Of a DNA stretch of 64,000 bases, positions 1 to 12,897 are shown one piece after another. Positions within the stretch are counted from its first letter, which is position 1. Every line of letters begins with the position of its first letter. The notes under the pieces are model-generated. The model worked only from the letters and a program-made list of their open reading frames with translations, was not told the origin of the DNA and did not search any database. Position numbers and translations under genes: made by a program. Source of the stretch: Mytilus trossulus (Eukaryota); contig NC_086381.1 of NCBI RefSeq assembly GCF_036588685.1, positions 44,268,001 through 44,332,000 of the forward strand, given 5' to 3'.

Positions 1-3000
1 CGCATATGTCTTGTCCACTTCAACATTGGCTATTTTTGTATTTTCTGAGTGAAGAAAGAAAGAAACTTGCGCACTTACTTCAAGTGTGTTTTCTGGAACA
101 AAAAACACTAATGCATAGCCTTCTGTGTTATATTATGCAATTTTGAGCATTTAAAGCTACTTTTGTCTTTTAATTAGTAAAGTGGCAGTCATTTCATAAC
201 AAAACTATACGTTGAATTAGGCCTTTAGATTTCTAAATTAAACTGACTCCTATTTTATTTTTGTCTGGGTTTTTTCGTAGCCGACTTTACGGTTTGGGTT
301 TTTCTCATTGTTGAAGACCGTACGATTGTCTATAATTACGTACATCGACTTCATTTGAACTTTTGTTGATAGTTCTCTCATTAGCAGTCTTTATTTATAT
401 ACATAATCGACTTGACTGCGCTGAAAAAATATCTTAATTTACATATTACAATGCACTGGTTCCAAAAAGTTGGGTTATATGAAAAATATATCAAAAAAAA
501 AACCAACCAGGTACTTCCGTCCCGAATGACAAGGCAAATATGACCCCTATCAAAGTATCAAATATTAATTTATTATTCAAGAGAAACTGTCATCGAGGAT
601 TCTACAGTGATCCCAAGACCTGGCGCTTTCATTTGACACAAAAATACCCCTCTTTTTGTTTACGTTTTGACAAAATTACAGCTACGCGTAGGAACTATTT
701 TGTTTAACTTATGTACTACTTTCTGGTATGTTCTTTTGTGACCGGGCCAGCATTTTTGCTTCAATACCTTATTGGTGTCAAGCGGAAAATGAAAGAACTG
801 ACACACTCTATTTTAATTTGGAAATTAGTGCAGACACCCCTTCAAACTTTAAATAAGTCTTACTAATTTCCTGGATAGAAAAGAAAAAAAAATTAAGCGA
901 TAATTAAAACAAATACTGTTATATGTTTTAATTCAACAAAATTCAGAATCTTTTTGAAAGGATTTTATTGACGTATAACTTGTATCTTCCTTTTTTCCTA
1001 TTAAATGTTTCAAAAAAGTTGTTTCCTTTTTACTAAAACATTGAAAATACGATCGCATTTGATAGCTGTTGATTATCAGGGGAATAAATCTATTTGACGG
1101 CAGCCCCCCCCCCCCCCCCCTTTTCTTAAATAAATCTAAAAGCAATGCAAAAAGCAAAAATAAAACATAAATACACTAAAAAAATCATTCGCCAATCATA
1201 ATACGAAACAAAACAAGCTTGTTCTTTCTGAACCCAGCATACATTGTATTGGGTTCGAAACCCTTATATAGTACACAATATGTAAAGTTTCCTCAGAGAA
1301 GGTATTGAAAAAATCTGGACAGAAATATACGTATTGTATACGTTTGTGGGTTTTGGGGCATTTTTCGTCTTTTTGGAAGTTGTGATCTGCAAAGTTTAAA
1401 ATTAGATAGTTGCAAAAAGAGTCAACAACGTATAAATCATGAAAGGAGTCTTTATCGTGGTTTTTTTTAGAAAACAATTCATAATTTTGCAAATCTGTGA
1501 ATTTATCCGTTTATTAGTATACCTTTTTCATTAAATAATGTTTACATATAAATTTGCAAAGAAACAGTTTCATGTTAACCACAGACTAGAAGTAAAGCTT
1601 TAGACCTGGTGGGAACTAATAAAGATAAAAAAAAAAAAGACCTGGTGGGAACTCTACCCTTGTTGGGTTTGAGTAAAACTCGTACGTCTAGGCGACGAGA
1701 TTAATTTTAAGACACAACTTTCTCCATTTCTCTCTTTGATACTTTTGCCAATGAAAAGGGGGATGATGGGAACCTATAACTGTTATATAACCCTGTTTAA
1801 CGGTTTTTTGTCTATGTCAGAATACTTGGCGATTGTTGTCTTTCGTCATATCGTATTGTCAGTACCGCCCCCCCCCCCTTTATTAATATAGAACTTAGAT
1901 TTGTTTTGTTGAATTTATATGTTTAAAAAAAAAGAAGATGTGGTATGATTTCTAATGTAACAACTCTCTACAAGAGACCAAAGGACACAGATATTAATAA
2001 CTATAGGACATCGTACGGCCTTCAACAATGAGCAAAACCCATATCGCATAGTCAGCTTTAAAGGAAATGTAATAGAATTCAAATAAAATAACTAACGGTC
2101 TCATCTATGTACAAAATAAGTAACGAAAAACAAATATATCTTTCATATAATCGAGACAATTAAGAGCAAGAAATATTGTGTGGTGACCTGACTATTGTCG
2201 CGGACTGTACGTATGCATCAAGATATTTATTTCCGTTAATTCTGTCGTTAGGTTATTGTTCCATTGACATATTATAACCCTCATCTGGTTCTCCTTCTAT
2301 TTCATTCTTAATTTTCCGTGTTCACTACTAGGTGAGAAAAAAATTAATATATAAATCTGATTGCACCTATATACCATATTGTCAGGACACCGGTCCATTT
2401 TTTAAGATTACACGTCCCTCTCTCGATGTCTTTTGGTTATTTGTGTAGTTGGATTGCTGTCTCATTGACGTATACTTCACATCAACTTTTATTCATGCAG
2501 CTTATGACTACAAAAAACATTATCATATCAGCCTGATAGTACACTGCTAATTTTTTTTGTCTTTGTTTATAATATAGCGGATTGACATAATTGTGTCGGG
2601 GTTTAACGTCCAGTGACAAATATTTCATGTATAGTCAAGGCCATTGTGTCAGCTAGAAATTAAATCGTAAAGATATTGCGCATATGTCTTGTCCACTTCA
2701 ACATTGGCTATTTTTGTATTTTCTGAGTGAAGAAAGAAAGAAACTTGCGCACTTACTTCAAGTGTGTTTTCTGGAACAAAAAACACTAATGCATAGCCTT
2801 CTGTGTTATATTATGCAATTTTGAGCATTTAAAGCTACTTTTGTCTTTTAATTAGTAAAGTGGCAGTCATTTCATAACAAAACTATACGTTGAATTAGGC
2901 CTTTAGATTTCTAAATTAAACTGACTCCTATTTTATTTTTGTCTGGGTTTTTTCGTAGCCGACTTTACGGTTTGGGTTTTTCTCATTGTTGAAGACCGTA

Positions 3001-6000
3001 CGATTGTCTATAATTACGTACATCGACTTCATTTGAACTTTTGTTGATAGTTCTCTCATTAGCAGTCTTTATTTATATACATAATCGACTTGACTGCGCT
3101 GAAAAAATATCTTAATTTATATATTACAATGCACTGGTTCCAAAAAGTTGGGTTATATGAAAAATATATCAAAAAAAAAACCAACCAGGTACTTCCGTCC
3201 CGAATGACAAGGCAAATATGACCCCTATCAAAGTATCAAATATTAATTTATTATTCAAGAGAAACTGTCATCGAGGATTCTACAGTGATCCCAAGACCTG
3301 GCGCTTTCATTTGACACAAAAATACCCCTCTTTTTGTTTACGTTTTGACAAAATTACAGCTACGCGTAGGAACTATTTTGTTTAACTTATGTACTACTTT
3401 CTGGTATGTTCTTTTGTGACCGGGCCAGCATTTTTGCTTCAATACCTTATTGGTGTCAAGCGGAAAATGAAAGAACTGACACACTCTATTTTAATTTGGA
3501 AATTAGTGCAGACACCCCTTCAAACTTTAAATAAGTCTTACTAATTTCCTGGATAGAAAAGAAAAAAAAATTAAGCGATAATTAAAACAAATACTGTTAT
3601 ATGTTTTAATTCAACAAAATTCAGAATCTTTTTGAAAGGATTTTATTGACGTATAACTTGTATCTTCCTTTTTTCCTATTAAATGTTTCAAAAAAGTTGT
3701 TTCCTTTTTACTAAAACATTGAAAATACGATCGCATTTGATAGCTGTTGATTATCAGGGGAATAAATCTATTTGACGGCAGCCCCCCCCCCCCCCCCCCT
3801 TTTCTTAAATAAATCTAAAAGCAATGCAAAAAGCAAAAATAAAACATAAATACACTAAAAAAATCCTTCGCCAATCATAATACGAAACAAAACAAGCTTG
3901 TTCTTTCTGAACCCAGCATACATTGTATTGGGTTCGAAACCCTTATATAGTACACAATTTGTAAAGTTTCCTCAGAGAAGGTATTGAAAAAATCTGGACA
4001 GAAATATACGTATTGTATACGTTTGTGGGTTTTGGGGCATTTTTCGTCTTTTTGGAAGTTGTGATCTGCAAAGTTTAAAATTAGATAGTTGCAAAAAGAG
4101 TTAAACAACGTATAAATCATGAAAGGAGTCTTTATCGTGGTTTTTTTTAGAAAACAATTCATAATTTTGCAAATCTGTGAATTTATCCGTTTATTAGTAT
4201 ACCTTTTTCATTAAATAATGTTTACATATAAATTTGCAAAGAAACAGTTTCATGTTAACCACAGACTAGAAGTAAAGCTTTAGACCTGGTGGGAACTAAT
4301 AAAGATAAAAAAAAAAAAAGACCTGGTGGGAACTCTACCCTTGTTGGGTTTGAGTAAAACTCGTACGTCTAGGCGACGAGATTAATTTTAAGACACAACT
4401 TTCTCTCTTTGATACTTTTGCCAATGAAAAGGGGGATGATGGGAACCTATAACTGTTATATAACCCTGTTTAACGGTTTTTTGTCTATGTCAGAATACTT
4501 GGCGATTGTTGTCTTTCGTCATATCGTATTGTCAGTACCGCCCCCCCCCCCCCCCCCTTTATTAATATAGAACTTAGATTTGTTTTGTTGAATTTATATG
4601 TTTAAAAAAAAAGAAGATGTGGTATGATTTCTAATGTAACAACTCTCTACAAGAGACCAAAGGACACAGATATTAATAACTATAGGACATCGTACGGCCT
4701 TCAACAATGAGCAAAACCCATATCGCATAGTCAGCTTTAAAGGAAATGTAATAGAATTCAAATAAAATAACTAACGGTCTCATCTATGTACAAAATAAGT
4801 AACGAAAAACAAATATATCTTTCATATAATCGAGACAATTAAGAGCAAGAAATATTGTGTGGTGACCTGACTATTGTCGCGGACTGTACGTATGCATCAA
4901 GATATTTATTTCCGTTAATTCTGTCGTTAGGTTATTGTTCCATTGACATATTATAACCCTCATCTGGTTCTCCTTCTATTTCATTCTTAATTTTCCGTGT
5001 TCACTACTAGGTGAGAAAAAAATTAATATATAAATCTGATTGCACCTATATACCATATTGTCAGGACACCGGTCCATTTTTTAAGATTACACGTCCCTCT
5101 CTCGATGTCTTTTGGTTATTTGTGTAGTTGGATTGCTGTCTCATTGACGTATACTTCACATCAACTTTTATTCATGCAGCTTATGACTACAAAAAATATT
5201 ATCATATCAGCCTGATAGTACACTGCTAATTTTTTTTGTCTTTGTTTATAATATAGCGGATTGACATAATTGTGTCGGGGTTTAACGTCCAGTGACAAAT
5301 ATTTCATGTATAGTCAAGGCCATTGTGTCAGCTAGAAATTAAATCGTAAAGATATTGCGCATATGTCTTGTCCACTTCAACATTGGCTATTTTTGTATTT
5401 TCTGAGTGAAGAAAGAAAGAAACTTGCGCACTTACTTCAAGTGTGTTTTCTGGAACAAAAAACACTAATGCATAGCCTTCTGTGTTATATTATGCAATTT
5501 TGAGCATTTAAAGCTACTTTTGTCTTTTAATTAGTAAAGTGGCAGTCATTTCATAACAAAACTATACGTTGAATTAGGCCTTTAGATTTCTAAATTAAAC
5601 TGACTCCTATTTTATTTTTGTCTGGGTTTTTTCGTAGCCGACTTTACGGTTTGGGTTTTTCTCATTGTTGAAGACCGTACGATTGTCTATAATTACGTAC
5701 ATCGACTTCATTTGAACTTTTGTTGATAGTTCTCTCATTAGCAGTCTTTATTTATATACATAATCGACTTGACTGCGCTGAAAAAATATCTTAATTTACA
5801 TATTACAATGCACTGGTTCCAAAAAGTTGGGTTATATGAAAAATATATCAAAAAAAAAACCAACCAGGTACTTCCGTCCCGAATGACAAGGCAAATATGA
5901 CCCCTATCAAAGTATCAAATATTAATTTATTATTCAAGAGAAACTGTCATCGAGGATTCTACAGTGATCCCAAGACCTGGCGCTTTCATTTGACACAAAA

Positions 6001-9000
6001 ATACCCCTCTTTTTGTTTACGTTTTGACAAAATTACAGCTACGCGTAGGAACTATTTTGTTTAACTTATGTACTACTTTCTGGTATGTTCTTTTGTGACC
6101 GGGCCAGCATTTTTGCTTCAATACCTTATTGGTGTCAAGCGGAAAATGAAAGAACTGACACACTCTATTTTAATTTGGAAATTAGTGCAGACACCCCTTC
6201 AAACTTTAAATAAGTCTTACTAATTTCCTGGATAGAAAAGAAAAAAAAATTAAGCGATAATTAAAACAAATACTGTTATATGTTTTAATTCAACAAAATT
6301 CAGAATCTTTTTGAAAGGATTTTATTGACGTATAACTTGTATCTTCCTTTTTTCCTATTAAATGTTTCAAAAAAGTTGTTTCCTTTTTACTAAAACATTG
6401 AAAATACGATCGCATTTGATAGCTGTTGATTATCAGGGGAATAAATCTATTTGACGGCAGCCCCCCCCCCCCCTTTTCTTAAATAAATCTAAAAGCAATG
6501 CAAAAAGCAAAAATAAAACATAAATACACTAAAAAAATCATTCGCCAATCATAATACGAAACAAAACAAGCTTGTTCTTTCTGAACCCAGCATACATTGT
6601 ATTGGGTTCGAAACCCTTATATAGTACACAATTTGTAAAGTTTCCTCAGAGAAGGTATTGAAAAAATCTGGACAGAAATATACGTATTGTATACGTTTGT
6701 GGGTTTTGGGGCATTTTTCGTCTTTTTGGAAGTTGTGATCTGCAAAGTTTAAAATTAGATAGTTGCAAAAAGAGTTAAACAACGTATAAATCATGAAAGG
6801 AGTCTTTATCGTGGTTTTTTTTAGAAAACAATTCATAATTTTGCAAATCTGTGAATTTATCCGTTTATTAGTATACCTTTTTCATTAAATAATGTTTACA
6901 TATAAATTTGCAAAGAAACAGTTTCATGTTAACCACAGACTAGAAGTAAAGCTTTAGACCTGGTGGGAACTAATAAAGATAAAAAAAAAAAGACCTGGTG
7001 GGAACTCTACCCTTGTTGGGTTTGAGTAAAACTCGTACGTCTAGGCGACGAGATTAATTTTAAGACACAACTTTCTCCATTTCTCTCTTTGATACTTTTG
7101 CCAATGAAAAGGGGGATGATGGGAACCTATAACTGTTATATAACCCTGTTTAACGGTTTTTTGTCTATGTCAGAATACTTGGCGATTGTTGTCTTTCGTC
7201 ATATCGTATTGTCAGTACCGCCCCCCCCCCCTTTATTAATATAGAACTTAGATTTGTTTTGTTGAATTTATATGTTTAAAAAAAAAGAAGATGTGGTATG
7301 ATTTCTAATGTAACAACTCTCTACAAGAGACCAAAGGACACAGATATTAATAACTATAGGACATCGTACGGCCTTCAACAATGAGCAAAACCCATATCGC
7401 ATAGTCAGCTTTAAAGGAAATGTAATAGAATTCAAATAAAATAACTAACGGTCTCATCTATGTACAAAATAAGTAACGAAAAACAAATATATCTTTCATA
7501 TAATCGAGACAATTAAGAGCAAGAAATATTGTGTGGTGACCTGACTATTGTCGCGGACTGTACGTATGCATCAAGATATTTATTTCCGTTAATTCTGTCG
7601 TTAGGTTATTGTTCCATTGACATATTATAACCCTCATCTGGTTCTCCTTCTATTTCATTCTTAATTTTCCGTGTTCACTACTAGGTGAGAAAAAAATTAA
7701 TATATAAATCTGATTGCACCTATATACCATATTGTCAGGACACCGGTCCATTTTTTAAGATTACACGTCCCTCTCTCGATGTCTTTTGGTTATTTGTGTA
7801 GTTGGATTGCTGTCTCATTGCCGTATACTTCACATCAACTTTTATTCATGCAGCTTATGACTACAAAAAATATTATCATATCAGCCTGATAGTACACTGC
7901 TAATTTTTTTTGTCTTTGTTTATAATATAGCGGATTGACATAATTGTGTCGGGGTTTAACGTCCAGTGACAAATATTTCATGTATAGTCAAGGCCATTGT
8001 GTCAGCTAGAAATTAAATCGTAAAGATATTGCGCATATGTCTTGTCCACTTCAACATTGGCTATTTTTGTATTTTCTGAGTGAAGAAAGAAAGAAACTTG
8101 CGCACTTACTTCAAGTGTGTTTTCTGGAACAAAAAACACTAATGCATAGCCTTCTGTGTTATATTATGCAATTTTGAGCATTTAAAGCTACTTTTGTCTT
8201 TTAATTAGTAAAGTGGCAGTCATTTCATAACAAAACTATACGTTGAATTAGGCCTTTAGATTTCTAAATTAAACTGACTCCTATTTTATTTTTGTCTGGG
8301 TTTTTTCGTAGCCGACTTTACGGTTTGGGTTTTTCTCATTGTTGAAGACCGTACGATTGTCTATAATTACGTACATCGACTTCATTTGAACTTTTGTTGA
8401 TAGTTCTCTCATTAGCAGTCTTTATTTATATACATAATCGACTTGACTGCGCTGAAAAAATATCTTAATTTACATATTACAATGCACTGGTTCCAAAAAG
8501 TTGGGTTATATGAAAAATATATCAAAAAAAAAACCAACCAGGTACTTCCGTCCCGAATGACAAGGCAAATATGACCCCTATCAAAGTATCAAATATTAAT
8601 TTATTATTCAAGAGAAACTGTCATCGAGGATTCTACAGTGATCCCAAGACCTGGCGCTTTCATTTGACACAAAAATACCCCTCTTTTTGTTTACGTTTTG
8701 ACAAAATTACAGCTACGCGTAGGAACTATTTTGTTTAACTTATGTACTACTTTCTGGTATGTTCTTTTGTGACCGGGCCAGCATTTTTGCTTCAATACCT
8801 TATTGGTGTCAAGCGGAAAATGAAAGAACTGACACACTCTATTTTAATTTGGAAATTAGTGCAGACACCCCTTCAAACTTTAAATAAGTCTTACTAATTT
8901 CCTGGATAGAAAAGAAAAAAAAATTAAGCGATAATTAAAACAAATACTGTTATATGTTTTAATTCAACAAAATTCAGAATCTTTTTGAAAGGATTTTATT

Positions 9001-12000
9001 GACGTATAACTTGTATCTTCCTTTTTTCCTATTAAATGTTTCAAAAAAGTTGTTTCCTTTTTACTAAAACATTGAAAATACGATCGCATTTGATAGCTGT
9101 TGATTATCAGGGGAATAAATCTATTTGACGGCAGCCCCCCCCCCCCCCCTTTTCTTAAATAAATCTAAAAGCAATGCAAAAAGCAAAAATAAAACATAAA
9201 TACACTAAAAAAATCATTCGCCAATCATAATACGAAACAAAACAAGCTTGTTCTTTCTGAACCCAGCATACATTGTATTGGGTTCGAAACCCTTATATAG
9301 TACACAATTTGTAAAGTTTCCTCAGAGAAGGTATTGAAAAAATCTGGACAGAAATATACGTATTGTATACGTTTGTGGGTTTTGGGGCATTTTTCGTCTT
9401 TTTGGAAGTTGTGATCTGCAAAGTTTAAAATTAGATAGTTGCAAAAAGAGTTAAACAACGTATAAATCATGAAAGGAGTCTTTATCGTGGTTTTTTTTAG
9501 AAAACAATTCATAATTTTGCAAATCTGTGAATTTATCCGTTTATTAGTATACCTTTTTCATTAAATAATGTTTACATATAAATTTGCAAAGAAACAGTTT
9601 CATGTTAACCACAGACTAGAAGTAAAGCTTTAGACCTGGTGGGAACTAATAAAGATAAAAAAAAAAAGACCTGGTGGGAACTCTACCCTTGTTGGGTTTG
9701 AGTAAAACTCGTACGTCTAGGCGACGAGATTAATTTTAAGACACAACTTTCTCCATTTCTCTCTTTGATACTTTTGCCAATGAAAAGGGGGATGATGGGA
9801 ACCTATAACTGTTATATAACCCTGTTTAACGGTTTTTTGTCTATGTCAGAATACTTGGCGATTGTTGTCTTTCGTCATATCGTATTGTCAGTACCGCCCC
9901 CCCCCCCCCTTTATTATTATAGAACTTAGATTTGTTTTGTTGAATTTATATGTTTAAAAAAAAAGAAGATGTGGTATGATTTCTAATGTAACAACTCTCT
10001 ACAAGAGACCAAAGGACACAGATATTAATAACTATAGGACATCGTACGGCCTTCAACAATGAGCAAAACCCATATCGCATAGTCAGCTTTAAAGGAAATG
10101 TAATAGAATTCAAATAAAATAACTAACGGTCTCATCTATGTACAAAATAAGTAACGAAAAACAAATATATCTTTCATATAATCGAGACAATTAAGAGCAA
10201 GAAATATTGTGTGGTGACCTGACTATTGTCGCGGACTGTACGTATGCATCAAGATATTTATTTCCGTTAATTCTGTCGTTAGGTTATTGTTCCATTGACA
10301 TATTATAACCCTCATCTGGTTCTCCTTCTATTTCATTCTTAATTTTCCGTGTTCACTACTAGGTGAGAAAAAAATTAATATATAAATCTGATTGCACCTA
10401 TATACCATATTGTCAGGACACCGGTCCATTTTTTAAGATTACACGTCCCTCTCTCGATGTCTTTTGGTTATTTGTGTAGTTGGATTGCTGTCTCATTGCC
10501 GTATACTTCACATCAACTTTTATTCATGCAGCTTATGACTACAAAAAATATTATCATATCAGCCTGATAGTACACTGCTAATTTTTTTTGTCTTTGTTTA
10601 TAATATAGCGGATTGACATAATTGTGTCGGGGTTTAACGTCCAGTGACAAATATTTCATGTATAGTCAAGGCCATTGTGTCAGCTAGAAATTAAATCGTA
10701 AAGATATTGCGCATATGTCTTGTCCACTTCAACATTGGCTATTTTTGTATTTTCTGAGTGAAGAAAGAAAGAAACTTGCGCACTTACTTCAAGTGTGTTT
10801 TCTGGAACAAAAAACACTAATGCATAGCCTTCTGTGTTATATTATGCAATTTTGAGCATTTAAAGCTACTTTTGTCTTTTAATTAGTAAAGTGGCAGTCA
10901 TTTCATAACAAAACTATACGTTGAATTAGGCCTTTAGATTTCTAAATTAAACTGACTCCTATTTTATTTTTGTCTGGGTTTTTTCGTAGCCGACTTTACG
11001 GTTTGGGTTTTTCTCATTGTTGAAGACCGTACGATTGTCTATAATTACGTACATCGACTTCATTTGAACTTTTGTTGATAGTTCTCTCATTAGCAGTCTT
11101 TATTTATATACATAATCGACTTGACTGCGCTGAAAAAATATCTTAATTTACATATTACAATGCACTGGTTCCAAAAAGTTGGGTTATATGAAAAATATAT
11201 CAAAAAAAAAACCAACCAGGTACTTCCGTCCCGAATGACAAGGCAAATATGACCCCTATCAAAGTATCAAATATTAATTTATTATTCAAGAGAAACTGTC
11301 ATCGAGGATTCTACAGTGATCCCAAGACCTGGCGCTTTCATTTGACACAAAAATACCCCTCTTTTTGTTTACGTTTTGACAAAATTACAGCTACGCGTAG
11401 GAACTATTTTGTTTAACTTATGTACTACTTTCTGGTATGTTCTTTTGTGACCGGGCCAGCATTTTTGCTTCAATACCTTATTGGTGTCAAGCGGAAAATG
11501 AAAGAACTGACACACTCTATTTTAATTTGGAAATTAGTGCAGACACCCCTTCAAACTTTAAATAAGTCTTACTAATTTCCTGGATAGAAAAGAAAAAAAA
11601 ATTAAGCGATAATTAAAACAAATACTGTTATATGTTTTAATTCAACAAAATTCAGAATCTTTTTGAAAGGATTTTATTGACGTATAACATGTATCTTCCT
11701 TTTTTCCTATTAAATGTTTCAAAAAAGTTGTTTCCTTTTTACTAAAACATTGAAAATACGATCGCATTTGATAGCTGTTGATTATCAGGGGAATAAATCT
11801 ATTTGACGGCAGCCCCCCCCCCCCCCCCTTTTCTTAAATAAATCTAAAAGCAATGCAAAAAGCAAAAATAAAACATAAATACACTAAAAAAATCCTTCGC
11901 CAATCATAATACGAAACAAAACAAGCTTGTTCTTTCTGAACCCAGCATACATTGTATTGGGTTCGAAACCCTTATATAGTACACAATTTGTAAAGTTTCC

Positions 12001-12318
12001 TCAGAGAAGGTATTGAAAAAATCTGGACAGAAATATACGTATTGTATACGTTTGTGGGTTTTGGGGCATTTTTCGTCTTTTCGAAGTTGTGATCTGCAAA
12101 GTTTAAAATTAGATAGTTGCAAAAAGAGTTAAACAACGTATAAATCATGAAATGAGTCTTTATCGTGGTTTTTTTTAGAAAACAATTCATAATTTTGCAA
12201 ATCTGTGAATTTATCCGTTTATTAGTATACCTTTTTCATTAAATAATGTTTACATATAAATTTGCAAAGAAACAGTTTCATGTTAACCACATACTAAAAG
12301 TAAAACTTTAGACCTGGT
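1..12318. repeat. Tandem array of a ~2.68 kb unit (4.6 copies visible, continues off the left edge)
   Basis: The string cgcatatgtcttgtcc recurs at 1, 2679, 5358, 8032 and 10710 (periods 2678, 2679, 2674, 2678). Copies differ mainly in homopolymer lengths plus a few substitutions. Identity stops after ...tttagacctggt at ~12318. Confidence 0.97.
1929..2135. mobile_element. Fragment of an abundant interspersed repeat (aagaagatgtggtatgatt... family), present in every full array unit
   Basis: Same sequence family as 42845-43275 and 56881-57250, and in reverse orientation 44135-44315, 22178-22362, 19228-19408 and 12445-12523. Confidence 0.75.
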
Positions 12319-12897
12319 ATTTAAATACACTGTAAAACATTATATAACTTACCTGTATGAATATTTGTGTGATGCAAGATGTATGAGAAATATTTTTGAG
12401 AAACACTTTTTAAAGAATAATTAAAACAAATACTGTTATATGATATAATGGTTTACTTTTATAAATTGTTATTTGCATGGAGAGTTGTCTCATTGGCACT
12501 CATACCACATCTTCCTATATCTATAACGAACATTAATTGTCTACAAATCAGACAATCAAATAACTGATATAATTATCCGAAATATCAGATAAATGATACA
12601 TAATTGATAATCAATAAATCTCTGAAAGATACTAACTTATACATCAGGACTTCAGATAAATAAGATAGTAATTTGTATAATATATACATATACATGTATG
12701 TGATATACGAGGGTTTTGTGGGGGCTTAAATAATGGACATATAAAGGGAATAATGGACTGAAAATTTGAAAAATGAACCAAACACATACAGAATAGAAAA
12801 TAATGGGGGTGACCGTGCTATTAATAAACAAAGAATAATGAACAACAAAATAAAGAATGCAGAAATTAAAGATCCTCCATTAATACCCTCATACAAA

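Noticed and set aside
1196-12190. Repeated 72-98 aa minus-strand ORFs in the tandem array
   Set aside because: They recur only because the DNA is repeated, have no recognisable motifs, and are frameshifted between copies 1, 2-4 and 5.
1-12318. Array as rDNA, histone or snRNA cluster, or CRISPR
   Set aside because: No rRNA, snRNA or histone sequence was recognised in the unit, and there is no repeat-spacer structure.
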